From contig NC_090601.1 of NCBI RefSeq assembly GCF_000497125.1, positions 124,001-188,000 on the forward strand: a stretch of 64,000 nucleotides of DNA, in the 5' to 3' direction. A program made the position numbers and the translations under genes. Shown here in pieces: positions 13,481 to 25,200 of the stretch (position 1 is its first letter; each line of letters opens with the position of its first letter). This stretch comes from Spironucleus salmonicida (taxonomy: Eukaryota). The notes beneath the pieces were generated by a model that was given only the letters and a program-made list of their open reading frames with translations, ran no database searches and was not told where the DNA came from.

Positions 13481-15382
13481 TCAGTCATCATCTTCTTAAT
13501 CTTCTTACCTTCTTTCATCAAGTTCATCTTCACCTTTGTTGACTTTTAGTGATTTGATTGCACCAATGACATCACTAGCATCTTATACGTTTAATAACTA
13601 CATTATTTCTCCAGCTTCATCCGGTGAAAAAACTCCCACTTCATCGGCAGCTTATATTGCAATAGCTTAAATAGCTTCTAAAATTTTGTTAGTAGATGAA
13701 GTTTATTATAAACCTAAAATTTTTTTGATTGCCGTCACAAGGGTTCGAGATTATTCAGTAAAATTTTATACTTCAGTTAATCGTGTTATCATTCTACCAA
13801 TTGAATTAGTATTAAATAATCTACCAAAATGATTAAGTACGAATATTATTGCCTAAAATGCTTCGTAGGATTCTGTATCTGTAAGTCGAATTAGTATTTT
13901 GGGTTAATCTTAACATGCTTATCTAACACACTATTTAACATATTTCTAACGCTCTTCGCCAGATGAATAAAGTACAGTATCTGCATAGGTAATAAGATTT
14001 TGATTAATTGGGTTTGTTCCAATTTTAGCTTCTCTACACCTCGCCGAAAATTCTTCAGCGGCTAGAAATGCTGGAGATACAGAATCTCGTTAGTTTAATT
14101 GTAATTATAACTTTTCTAAAATTTCTGCATTTAATTTAATAACCTCATATATACTTTATGGATTTTTACTTATCCCTAAAAGTTACAAAATTCGACTTCG
14201 TAATCTATTCAATTCGCGGAGTTCCATTAAACTTGCTTCAACACACCCATATTATTACTCACATCGCTTTACAAACCCATCAAACAATTATGAGTATCCA
14301 TTTTTAATTTAATAATCATCATTTCCAGGAACTTAGCTCGCCAACGCTTACAATCGTTCAGCGCCTAGTGTAAATGCCTATTTTAATTATGAAAGCTAGT
14401 TTGAAGCATTTTTGGAAGCTTTAGTCGCTTCTAATAATTATTCCGGGGTTTAACATTAATGAAACTGATTTAATTTAAGCACTAAATTCTTAATCTATGC
14501 TGGCTTTAATTGATTAATTTTTTAATCAAATTATCTTTCTTCAGCTGTCTCTGGCATTAAAAAGCTACTTGGTATGATATTTTCATTATTATCATCTTTC
14601 CATTTAGACTTAAGTGACTTTAATTCATCCGAATTATCATCAGCTGGTAACGATTTTAAAATATTTCCTTTCTTTATAGTCTATTTTGCACATTCTGGTA
14701 AGTTATTATGTGAGTGTTAAACCTCAATTTTCTTTAGCATTCGTTCAAAAATATTTTGAATCGAATTTTCCGATAACTTTGGAGTTATTTTCATGTCTAA
14801 TGCTTTTTATGCTCTATTTATGAGTTACTTCCACGTTTTTTCAGTTATAACTGATTGATTAGAATCATTGGAATCAATAGAAACTTAAGAGTCATTTTAA
14901 ATACTTTGTTTTTGATATTATTTCTTTTACTACTTTGGTACAGCTATATTATTTTATGGATAATATCTAGGATCTAATATTTGCTATGGTAATAATTCTT
15001 CTGGTAACTATGATATCATTAAATTTGGAGTCACAGAATTAGAAAACTAATTATCAAGATCATTTGGTATTTAAGGTTGGTTTGGATATTATTAATGTGA
15101 GAATTAATTGTAAATTTGATTATTTTATCCTTAATATTACTAGTATTGTTATGTATTACTATATTATTAAGCGTGTACCGTATTTAACGGTGTTTATCTA
15201 TTTCGATAATTAAGATACTTGTTATTTTATACCTGTGAATATGACGCAATATCAACTTCCCTAGGCTAGTTAGTTGTCCAGTATTCTTATTATTATAAAT
15301 GATTATTAAGATCCGTATTAACAGAATTAAGAGAAGCTGTTTATGAAAACAGTAAAGAACTTTCAGATACTTAGGATGACAT
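13481..15382 (-). CDS. Hypothetical protein with a CEP70-like C-terminus, 633 aa
   Basis: Q/P-rich N-terminus. C-terminal LNHFGRLFNTNSIGRMITRLTEV...AIKKILGL resembles the CEP70 C-terminal repeat (HFQKLFDV...RMNEV). The ORF is well supported; the family call is tentative. Confidence 0.55.
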
Positions 15383-15509
15383 TTTAGAATTTGAAAAATA
15401 CTATATTAATACTATATTATATGGTTATCTCAGAATATAAATATTTTTATTAATTTTATCGTTAGTATCCTTATATATAATTAAAATATCTAGTTAAAAA
15501 TCCTCTAAA

Positions 15510-16706
15510 ATGTAGTTTACTCAAACTAATGAAGCTATGTTACGTTAATATTATAAATCTATTAAAATGTTATAAGATGTTGAAGAGTAGTTAAGAAAGG
15601 AACGTTTTGATCTTAAAACAACATAGGCAGAATCAGAAGATTCTGAAAGATTATTAAAGGCAGCTAGAGAACCAGGTTAAGATACGGCCGAGGTATTGTA
15701 GTGCTTAACACCAAACGAAATTATTGTGCGTAGCTCAAACGGTCCCAGATATCTAACCAATAAGCGCACAATGATTCCGTATGAAAAGCTAATCCCAGGA
15801 GCTAGAGTATCATTATCCCTGTAATCATAAACTATTTTAAACATATTACCTCCTGCAGTGGATCCGCAAGTATTTAAGTTTTCTGAAGCTGGTGCCAATA
15901 AAATAACTTTTTAAGATATAGGAGGACTGAATGAGGAGCTTTAACTCATAAGAGAGGCTATAGAACTTCCTTTAACAAATCCAGAGATATTTTTGAAAGT
16001 AGGTATAGAGCCTTCTAAATCTGTACTGCTTACAGGCCCTCCTGGAACTGGGAAGTCCATGATTTGTTAAGCGTTTTGCAATTCCTTAAACTGCACTTTT
16101 ATTAAGCTAGTAGGATCATAAATTGTATAAAAATATATTGGTGAATCCTCTCGCTTGATTAGAGAAATATTTTCATACGCTAGGCTCAAGGCCCCGACTA
16201 TTTTAATGATAGATGAAATTGATTCAATTTGTGGCAAAAGATCGGCTTAGGGTTCGTCTTCAGATCGTGAAATTGCTAGAACAATGCTAGCTTTGCTTAC
16301 AGAATTAGATGGATTTTCATCCAAAGAGAACGATCGTGTGAAGTGCGTATTTTGTACAAATAGGCCAAACTCTTTAGACCCTGCATTTTTGCGCCCTGGT
16401 AGAATTTCTAGAAAAATCTCAATCAAACTTCCAGATACAGTTGGTAGATACGAGATATTGAAGATTCATAGCTAGGGAATCAAATTTGATGATTCGTGTG
16501 ATTTTGGTCGTGTTGTTGCTATGACAGAAGGCTTTAATGGCGCTGATTTGAAATGTTTGATTACAGAAGCTGGATTGTGTGCTATCAGAAGAGATCAGGA
16601 AATGGTAGCGTAAGAAGATTTATTGGAAGCTGTCCGTGTTATGTAAAAGAACAAAATTTTAGAAGGAAAAACTTGGGATCAGGGAACCGACGCTATGAAT
16701 AAATGA
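15510..16706 (+). CDS. RPT4: 26S proteasome AAA-ATPase subunit Rpt4 (10B/PSMC6), 398 aa
   Basis: [10 protein letters not shown] (Rpt4 signature NGPRY), Walker [23 protein letters not shown], Walker [16 protein letters not shown] and GFNGADL...TEAG. Confidence 0.92.
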
Positions 16707-16712
16707 CGAAAT

Positions 16713-17738
16713 TCAATCACTTACTTCATCGTCTTCTAGACATTACGCTACAAAGTTACTAAACTAAGAGCCTTGTCTTCTTTATACAAACTCGGACCTT
16801 CCTTCACCAGGTTCATACGGATTCTTCTGATGTTTAATTTTATCTATTGTTTCAGAAATTTGTTACGCCCTAGATACAGGTCTAAACGGCATGGGAAGAT
16901 CAGGTTAATCAACTATATTATCAAATTATGATATTCCAAATTTTTCTATAAATGACTTATAATTTTTGACATAAAACTACATATTTAGTAATTCTCTGGC
17001 TGTAGCAAACTCAGCAAAAATATTATAAAGAAGTGTTTAAATTTTAACAGTCTATGATGTTTTCTGGGGTTTTTTAATATCATCCGAATACGGCTAAAAG
17101 AATATCTGCTTATTCTTTTAAACCTTTTCTCTCAATGAACTAATTAGAGGTTAGTTTTAAAGTTATTTTCTTCTTTCCACAAATCTTTAATACATAAGCA
17201 TAAATGAGTGAAATTCTGGGAACTATGCATCTGAGCGTATATTGTATGTAAACTAATCAGAATGAATGGATCTCAGCGCTTCATAAATTTCAGTGAGAGT
17301 CAAAGGATTCTAAAAGTTAAGAGATCGATACTTAAACGGAAACATTAAGTCTAATGCAGTTAAAGTAAATTCTAATTAATCTAAGGAAATAGATTCATTT
17401 TTTTCACAAAATATAAAATCCTCCTCCGTTAAATCATAAAAAATATTTTATTGATGGTTATCAATTTGATGAACATAGTAATCTTAATTTGGCATATATC
17501 CTACTGTTTCGTATTCATTATATTATATTGTTTTCTTGGTTGGAATTTTTTCGTTTTACTGAACAGCTTTGAGCAAATGTAATTCTTTCTCTTCTTATTC
17601 TGAATATTTATCGACACCTAATGATACGTGGTTTCTTTTTGGTTTAGACGATTCTAGTTCTTTATCAAATACAGGTTGTGATGTCTTAAAAAGATTTAAT
17701 TTTTAAAAAATGTCTATAGATATTTTTTGCTCGTCCAT
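16713..17738 (-). CDS. Enhancer of polycomb-like (Epl1/EPC, EPcA domain) protein, 341 aa
   Basis: GVDKYSEQEEKELHLLKAV...IPT (compare EPC1 GMEKEEESEHHLQRAI...IP), YDLTEEDFIF...LEFTLTALD and YQRFVERRKQLQNQPLI. Confidence 0.7.
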
Positions 17739-17794
17739 CTAAGTGAAATGCAAAATTATATATAATATTATTATATATAAACATATATAAATAA

Positions 17795-19261
17795 TCAATT
17801 TCCTGAATTTAAGAGTTAAATTAACCCATCTAATTCATCTTCTTCCATTTAGGTGAGGCTGCTTCTAATTTTTTGCTTTTGAATTAAATCTTAGTCTATT
17901 TTTTAGTGATAAATTTCATCTTCTAAAACTCTTGCAGAACTTACTTTTAGAAGAAAGCTTTCGTCAAATTATGGTGAAATAGAGCTAGAAAACTTATTTT
18001 TATTTACAATAGCTTTTTTAGCTTCTTAAAACTTTATTAATGATTAATTCATTATTTATTATCTTTCTTCTTTTTTCAATGATAGCTCTGACTCTTGAAA
18101 TCTTTAAGTTGTTTAAATTTTAGTAGTCTGGAGATCATCTGCTTTTAATTATACAGGAGTATCTGGTGATGGCAGAGACTCTTCATGACTTGATATATCT
18201 TTAAATTGATTCTTTTTCTTTTCAGACTGATACATATTAGCAAAAGCATTTGTTTGATTAAACTAGTTGAATCGTTATGTTTAGGATTACTTCTTAAAAT
18301 TCTCAATTTATTAGCTACTATCAAAGTTGTTCATAATATTAGTATCTAATTCTGTAATTCCAATAGATTCAAGTGGTTTACTGTGATTAGATTATAAAGT
18401 AGTGTTTTTCTAAATTATTATATCTAAATCTAAGTTTTAATTACGCTTTTAGTTTTTTTTAATATTTACTACATCATAATTAACAGTATTATTTAAATAT
18501 TAGGGTTAGATCATAGAATATTATACAGATTAATTAATTTATGGGATAGACGTTACATTTTCTTATTCCTATCTTAGGTATATTTGATTAGACTAAGGTG
18601 TTACTTCATCTGAAAAACTAACATATTGCAAAGAATTCATTCTGGACTCAAAATATTTTAAATCAGGAAGACATGATTTAATTTCTTAAGTTATATCCTC
18701 GGCAATAAAGTTATGTTAAGGCCTTATAGAAAAAATAGTAGGTTATGATATCTAAGATTATTGTGAATTATTTTTATGTAAAACCTCTTCTTATTTATCT
18801 TATAATAACTCTGTAGATGGTAAAATTTATTTAATTCGACTTTATATAGACTTTAAGATTATATCCTCGGGCTAAGCAGTAGAATTATATAATAAGCTAG
18901 GTGATAACTCTTTTTAAACTTTTAAATATTAATAACTACTATCATCTTCTGGTACTTATTAATTCAAACCAACTTAATTATTTTAAATATTAGTTTATCG
19001 TGTTTTTTAGGGCTAAAATTTTTACTATTATTGTTCACCCAATTATTGATTTAAGTTGTCTATTACTTTTCCCTTCTAGTTTAATTATTACAAAATTTAT
19101 TTATTTTCTTTTTTTAGTAATAATATTTCCTATTTATATTTTTGCTAGCACTTAATTAACTATGTCTTCAACAATTCATTTTCTTAAGTAGCAGCAGCAA
19201 ACTCATCTAAAATATGTTATAGTTTCTACTTATATTCTGGTTTAAGATCTTTGAAACTCAT
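17795..19261 (-). CDS. Q-rich coiled-coil protein with a possible hinderin/KIAA1328-like N-terminus, 488 aa
   Basis: Start and stop are in frame under code 6. N-terminus MSFKDLKPEYKQKLQHILDEFA resembles hinderin SLKDLCxEDKRRIANLIKELA (tentative). Confidence 0.55.
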
Positions 19262-19318
19262 AAATTCAATAAATAATAATTATTTTTTAACTATATAATA
19301 ATAAGATATTAATTTAAT

Positions 19319-19603
19319 ATGAAATTATCAAAAACAGGAAATATAAAAGCAACTTTCTCACCAACACCTTATACTTTGTCATTATAATTTTAAGATGATA
19401 AACTCTTAGTGAGATCTAAATCTTAATAAAACTTTCGTAAGAAGATTATCATTGAAAAAATGGATCTAAGATATAGTGTTGACCCACTACCGCGTATACT
19501 TCTTTAACCTTTAGGCAAAGTTATCATACCTATACCATTTGATTTTCTTGATAATGAACCACACTTATAAATATTTTAGAGCTAAAATTTACAGCAAGAG
19601 TGA
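19319..19603 (+). CDS. Small hypothetical protein, 94 aa
   Basis: Open frame MKLSKTGNIKATFSPTPY...QQE, ending in GAG TGA (AGTGA context). Divergent from the 19261 start. Confidence 0.55.
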
Positions 19604-19689
19604 GTTTATAAATAAATAAGAATAAACGAAATACGATAGTATAAAGATTTAAAGAAAACTGATATTTAATATAAATAGCAACATTAAGA

Positions 19690-20196
19690 TCACACTTTTC
19701 CACTGTCAACAATAACAATTGGCTTGACAGGCTTATCGCCACGACCAGTAGGGTTTTTCTCCATAGCTTTAAGAATGTCCATACCTTTAGTGATCTTACC
19801 AAAAACGCAATGCTTACCATTTAACCATGGGGTATCAACAAAGCACAAGAAGAATTAAGAGCCATTGGTGTTGGGGCCAGCATTAGCCATAGAAAGGCAA
19901 CCTGGGAAATGCTTAACTTTGAAGTTTTCATCAGGGAACTTTTCACCATAGATGGACTTACCACCAGTGCCGTTATGATTAGTAAAATCACCGCCCTAAG
20001 CCATGAAGTCAGGGATAACACGATGGAAAGAAGAGGCCTTATAACCAAAACCTTTCTCACCAGTACAGAGCTACTTGAAGTTTTCAGCAGTTTTGGGAAC
20101 TACTTCACCAAAAAGACCAATTTCAACACGGCCAGCAGGGGCTCCTCCAATAGTAATATCAAAGAAAACGGTGTCTGTTATTTTAGTATCAGCCAT
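19690..20196 (-). CDS. Cyclophilin-type peptidyl-prolyl cis-trans isomerase, 168 aa
   Basis: [77 protein letters not shown]. The invariant Gln residues are encoded by TAG and TAA. Confidence 0.97.
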
Positions 20197-20451
20197 TTGA
20201 GGAAGTGGTAAAATTTGATTTCAAAAATTTATATAAAAATTTATATAATATTATAAATTTTGATTTCGATATATTCAGATAGACTTATTCTTTTATATAT
20301 ACATTAAAATATCAGCGTAATGGTTATTTAACCTAATTTATTATTAACACAAAATGTAGTTATTTATTTTTATATTATAAAATAATTTATTATTAAATAT
20401 TACAATATTTAAATAGAATATATTATTATATACTTCTGACTCCTCTCTAGA

Positions 20452-20826
20452 ATGAAATCCATTAAAAAAAGCAAACGGGATGAATAAATTTTTGACTTTC
20501 AATTAAATCAGGCTAAGTAGCTTATTCAATTAAATTACAAAAATCATTAACTTATCAATAAGTTAGCTGAAAATGCGCAATTTAGCATTTAGTAAAATTA
20601 ATATATGCATCCTAACAATTTATCTTTCAATTATATAGATAAACGACCGTTATAAATTCTTCCAGCCCGTACACTTATAGATGCAGCAAAATCTTAATAT
20701 CGTAATATGACTACCAATCCAATAACAAAATATGAATCTAAAGTAGTTTGGAAAAATATCTAGGAAGCATAACCCTCATTCGATTACTAATCAAGAACTA
20801 CTGAGAAAAAAAGATGGCGAAAATGA
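20452..20826 (+). CDS. Hypothetical basic protein, 124 aa
   Basis: Open code-6 frame MKSIKKSKRDEQIFDFQL...EKKRWRK-TGA, with a pyrimidine-rich leader. Confidence 0.6.
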
Positions 20827-20831
20827 TACTA

Positions 20832-22160
20832 TCACTAGATAATAAACTAGCCAATATTAGCTATGTAGTTATCTAACCGATGATCCGCAAAATCAAGAAA
20901 TGACTATACATAATCAAAAACTCCATATTTAGTGATCTAAAATATTGTATCGTCTATAATATGATAAATATTACCAGGACAATAAAAATCAGCTTTTTAA
21001 CCGAAAAATTACTCAACATATAATGAATATTATTCTGTTTAATAACCAGGACAGGCTTTCCTAACCTATTCAACATATCCATAAAATATACAAGCTCGTG
21101 GAATACAATCTTTATTATTAATATATAGCCTAGATATTCCACTGTTAAAGTTAGTTGAGCAAAAAGATGGACATCCAAACCCTACTGATTATGTTGGCAA
21201 CATTGGATATGCAACCCTAAATAATAATTATAAAATGCATGCTACTGCAGCTCCTTATGAATGACCAGAAAAAATTGCTTCATTAATAAATGTATTTCCG
21301 ATTAAAAATTAAACTATAATACTCAAATGGGCCTAAACATACTCAGCAGATTTATAAAATCCTTAGTGTATATACACCACTTCATCGTTGACATAATAAC
21401 TGATTGGATCTATGTCTATATCAGCAATGCTATCTTAAATTAAATCCCATGTTCCCCTAATAACCACATAAAGTATTTACTTCTCGATAAACACCTAGAA
21501 TACCGGTTTATATGGTTTCCCGATTGAGTTCTTAATAACTACGTTTGCGTTGATGTCTCTTTTTTCATAAACCTCGTTGCTTAAAATACATAGTTTCAAG
21601 TCTAGTTTTAAATCATCCTGGTTGATGTGTTATGGAATTTCTGAGACCTCTGCAAAGTCAGTACTCTAAACTTTTAACAATATGTCTGGTTGGCTCTTAT
21701 TAATGGCTGTTATTCTAGACAACTAGCTCACAGCCTGTGCGAAATTATTAATAGACTCGTTCGTATTATAGTCCTCACTTGTAAGATAGCTTCGCTGAAA
21801 CTCTATTGCCTAATTGAGGAAGTGATGAGCAAGTGCTTGCTGCTACTGCGAATCTGCATAATATCCTGCGTCCTTTAGCAGCTGAATGCGCGTCTAGCCT
21901 TCGAAGGCCAAAGGGAAGAAAGATATTAACCGTGAAAGGGTCTAAATATCTGTTTGCATAAATTTTAAGAAGAAGTAAGTGTGGAAAATGATGCCACTAT
22001 CCGAATAAGTCAGGTACATCGCTTGGATGAACGATATTAATTTCTCTGGGTTAAAACCCTCAACCAGCACCTTTATACTTCTTAAATCGCTGCTTTTTTT
22101 GATGTGACGATGTATGGTTGCAAGAAAGTGAGGCTTGGGTGCCTGGCACCGAATGTTCAT
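20832..22160 (-). CDS. Class 3 lipase (Lipase_3 family) with an N-terminal extension, 442 aa
   Basis: YVVIRGT, IHQGFYKSA, nucleophile elbow FSGHSQGAAVA, VGFGCP, YINNKDCIPR (catalytic Asp) and DHRLDNY (catalytic His). Confidence 0.85.
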
Positions 22161-22213
22161 TTATAACGTATTGTGCATAAAGATAGTATAATATAGTATA
22201 TATTGAAATTCCG

Positions 22214-25200
22214 TCACTGAGTTTAACATAATAATGCAGTACCTCTCATGGCCCACTGAGCGGGCCTCTTCTCGGATCTAAGCTTAACAGCGAAGATAAA
22301 GTTCTACCCGGTACGCATTGGAGTCTTGTAAACAGGGCATTCGTACAGCATGATGCCTGATTTATCTTTTACAGGCGCGGTGACGACATCACTGGTACTT
22401 TCAGTTGCTTCTACAAGCAGAACAGGAAGAGGCGCAAACATCTACTTGGACGCTGCATCAATAATAATTTCTTTCTTAGGCTCCCACTGGGCGCCTTCGA
22501 GGAATAGTCCATGGATATAAACAGCACCAGACATTTTAGGCTTATTTGTCTGGGCTTATTTTTCATCCTTGAACTTCATGACCGACGTCTGGATCATCAC
22601 CTTGTCTAAAGACCAAGGTGCACCATTAGTAGTGTTGCTACGAGTAATTTCTTGCTTTACAGATGTAAGGAACCCGTTAGGGTTAAAGAAACCAGTCAAC
22701 CAGAAAGAAGCAGGCTACTCCTTCATTAACCAGTTAGAATACTATGTACATCTGGCCGAAACATCTGATAACCAATATCCTAGCGTTGGAGAAAGCCAGG
22801 ATATATTTAACCAGCGTGCAGGCACTCTAGCATCGAAGATAGCATCCAATGCATCTTATAAATGTTCAGTCATAATAATAGAACCCGCCATAGCTTGCTA
22901 CAAATCAATAAGTGTGCTGCGAATCATGCTCAGCACAGCTTACATTCTTTCGATTTCCTATCCCAAGAAAACAGTCAGGGCCTTAGGAGATGACGAATCT
23001 CCATTGAGGGCTTTTAAGTATTATGGAACCTAGTGCTTAAGATCATACTTAGGTGGCAGTTTGGTTAAAATATCTTTGGCTTACTTGAGAACTACATCCT
23101 CTCTAGACCCTCCTGCTTTAGCACCACCTGCATCTTTAGGCTAAATACTAAGAATGGTTCCTAAAACTGCCTAAGTTTCTGCAGCCCTGAATGTTAACTC
23201 AGCATTAGGATGCATCATGAAAGCCTATGGCTTGTCAATCATAGGCAAATTATCAACAAATTTTCTGATATCATTAATATTAGGTTAAGCTCCAAAAGTT
23301 GGCATTTTATAAATTGGAGCACAGAATGAATAGTTAGGTTCGAGGACTTATCCTGAAACCCATTCAGCAGTATAAACATTCATTAACTTTCTGTCAAAAT
23401 CGTCCGTAATACGTCCACCGTAGTGCACTTCTGCTATCATGTAACAGATAGTTTTCCATGAAATTTGTTAGTTCTTTCTTGGGTCGAGAGAATACAAATA
23501 TGACTGCAGGAACTAGATAGAGGCATTAAAGTCATGCTAACCAAACTCATACTTAATGCACCAGCCAAGAGGGCCGTACTTCTTTCGCTCAATAATGGTT
23601 GAATGCAAATACGCGATTGAATATATAAGAGGAAGCCATTGTGGCTTGTCAACGGACTCGACAAGGTCCTACGTCATTTGATTAAATGTTCTCTTTAATC
23701 CAGCACGAAGGCCTGACGGAGGGTCGTTTGTAAGCTTAATCGACTTTTACAATAAGCCAATCGGGAATTTCTCGCTTCTTTCCGTAGTGAGAATAAGTCT
23801 GAAATCTGGATGAGGGCCCTACTTGGGGTTGAGTGCAGCGAAAATACCCCCAGTTCCCTAATTAGTGCCGATAGCAGGATCCAAGTCCTTGATGTCTTTC
23901 TTATCACGACTATCGCCATCATTGTCCCCTCCAAGGGCATTAATATAGGCATATCTTTCCCTAACATCTAATACCATGTCGTCAACCTCGGCCATAAACT
24001 TGATAGCAAGATGGGAATTGTTGATCATTGCCCATCCACCGTTAGTGATGCAGTCAGCGACCAGGCGTCGTGCCGCAGGTTCTTATCCTTATCCCATGGA
24101 AATCGACTTCAATTCGATCTTTCTCTTCTTAGCAAACATTTCTAATTGGCCGGTAGGGTCAGAACCCAATGAAAGCAAGAAACAAACTGGCATGCACTGG
24201 TTCGTCTCATTGATCAAAATGTCATCATAATCCGCCACTACAGGCTCAACAAACTCTTTCCCATCTTCTTTCATGCTCGGATCCTTAGAAGCAAAGCATG
24301 ATTAAATATATGCAGACGCAGCTAACATTGTCCTATCTTCACGCAAACATCTAATTAATAATAGTTTTTAGAATTCATTAAGTCTGCCTTCGTATTCTTA
24401 TGGTAATTTCGCTATTTCAATAGCTTCTTCGTTGTAATAGTTTTTCCATTCTGACTCATTTTCAGATATCTACTGTGGTAATTGTGCAAATTGTGGTAAT
24501 GCAGATAAAGCTAATGCATTAAGCCAAGCTATCTCAGATATAAATTATGGTTTTGCTCTGACATTAGCTAAATCTAAAGCAGCTCCTCCACGAATAAATA
24601 CAAAGAATTCTTAAGATGATAATCTTTCAGCCTTCATGTCAATCTTCAAGCATAAATTTAGGGTGAATAACATTTTATCGCGTTCATATAGACCACGCAT
24701 AACATACTTGAATAGTTTAAGCGTCATGTGTGAAATGATCTGCTGAATTCTTCTTGCAGCTATATTATTAGGAGGTGCTTCTAAAATAGAAAGATCGAAT
24801 AGATCCAAGAATTACTTGAGTGATGTTTAATACATGTTATTGACTAGCGTCATCTCGGTAATAAGGAAATATATAATAGCTCCGCGTGTGGCAACTATAA
24901 CATACTCTTCACGGGCTTCGTTAATTCTCTTTTCTGTTTCAGCTGCATTCGCTAGTTTTTCCTTAACTTCTTCGGTCGTTTACTTAGTTTTGTTGAGAAC
25001 CTCAACTAAAGAGGAGTCGTCAAGTAAATTTCCAGTCGTGTTGCTTAAACGCTCTAACAAATCTCCCTCCAACTGCAAGGCGATTTTCTTATTAGAGTTA
25101 ACCTCTTCAAGCAATTAGCGTCTCTGTTCTTCTAGTTCTTTGCGTTCAATATTAACTGTTCTGGACAACAATTATGATTCTAAACCACCAAATGTTACTG

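Noticed and set aside
19530-20211. Track ORFs 19530-19820, 19821-20060 and 19909-20211
   Set aside because: Off-frame or antisense readings of the cyclophilin gene at 19690-20196.
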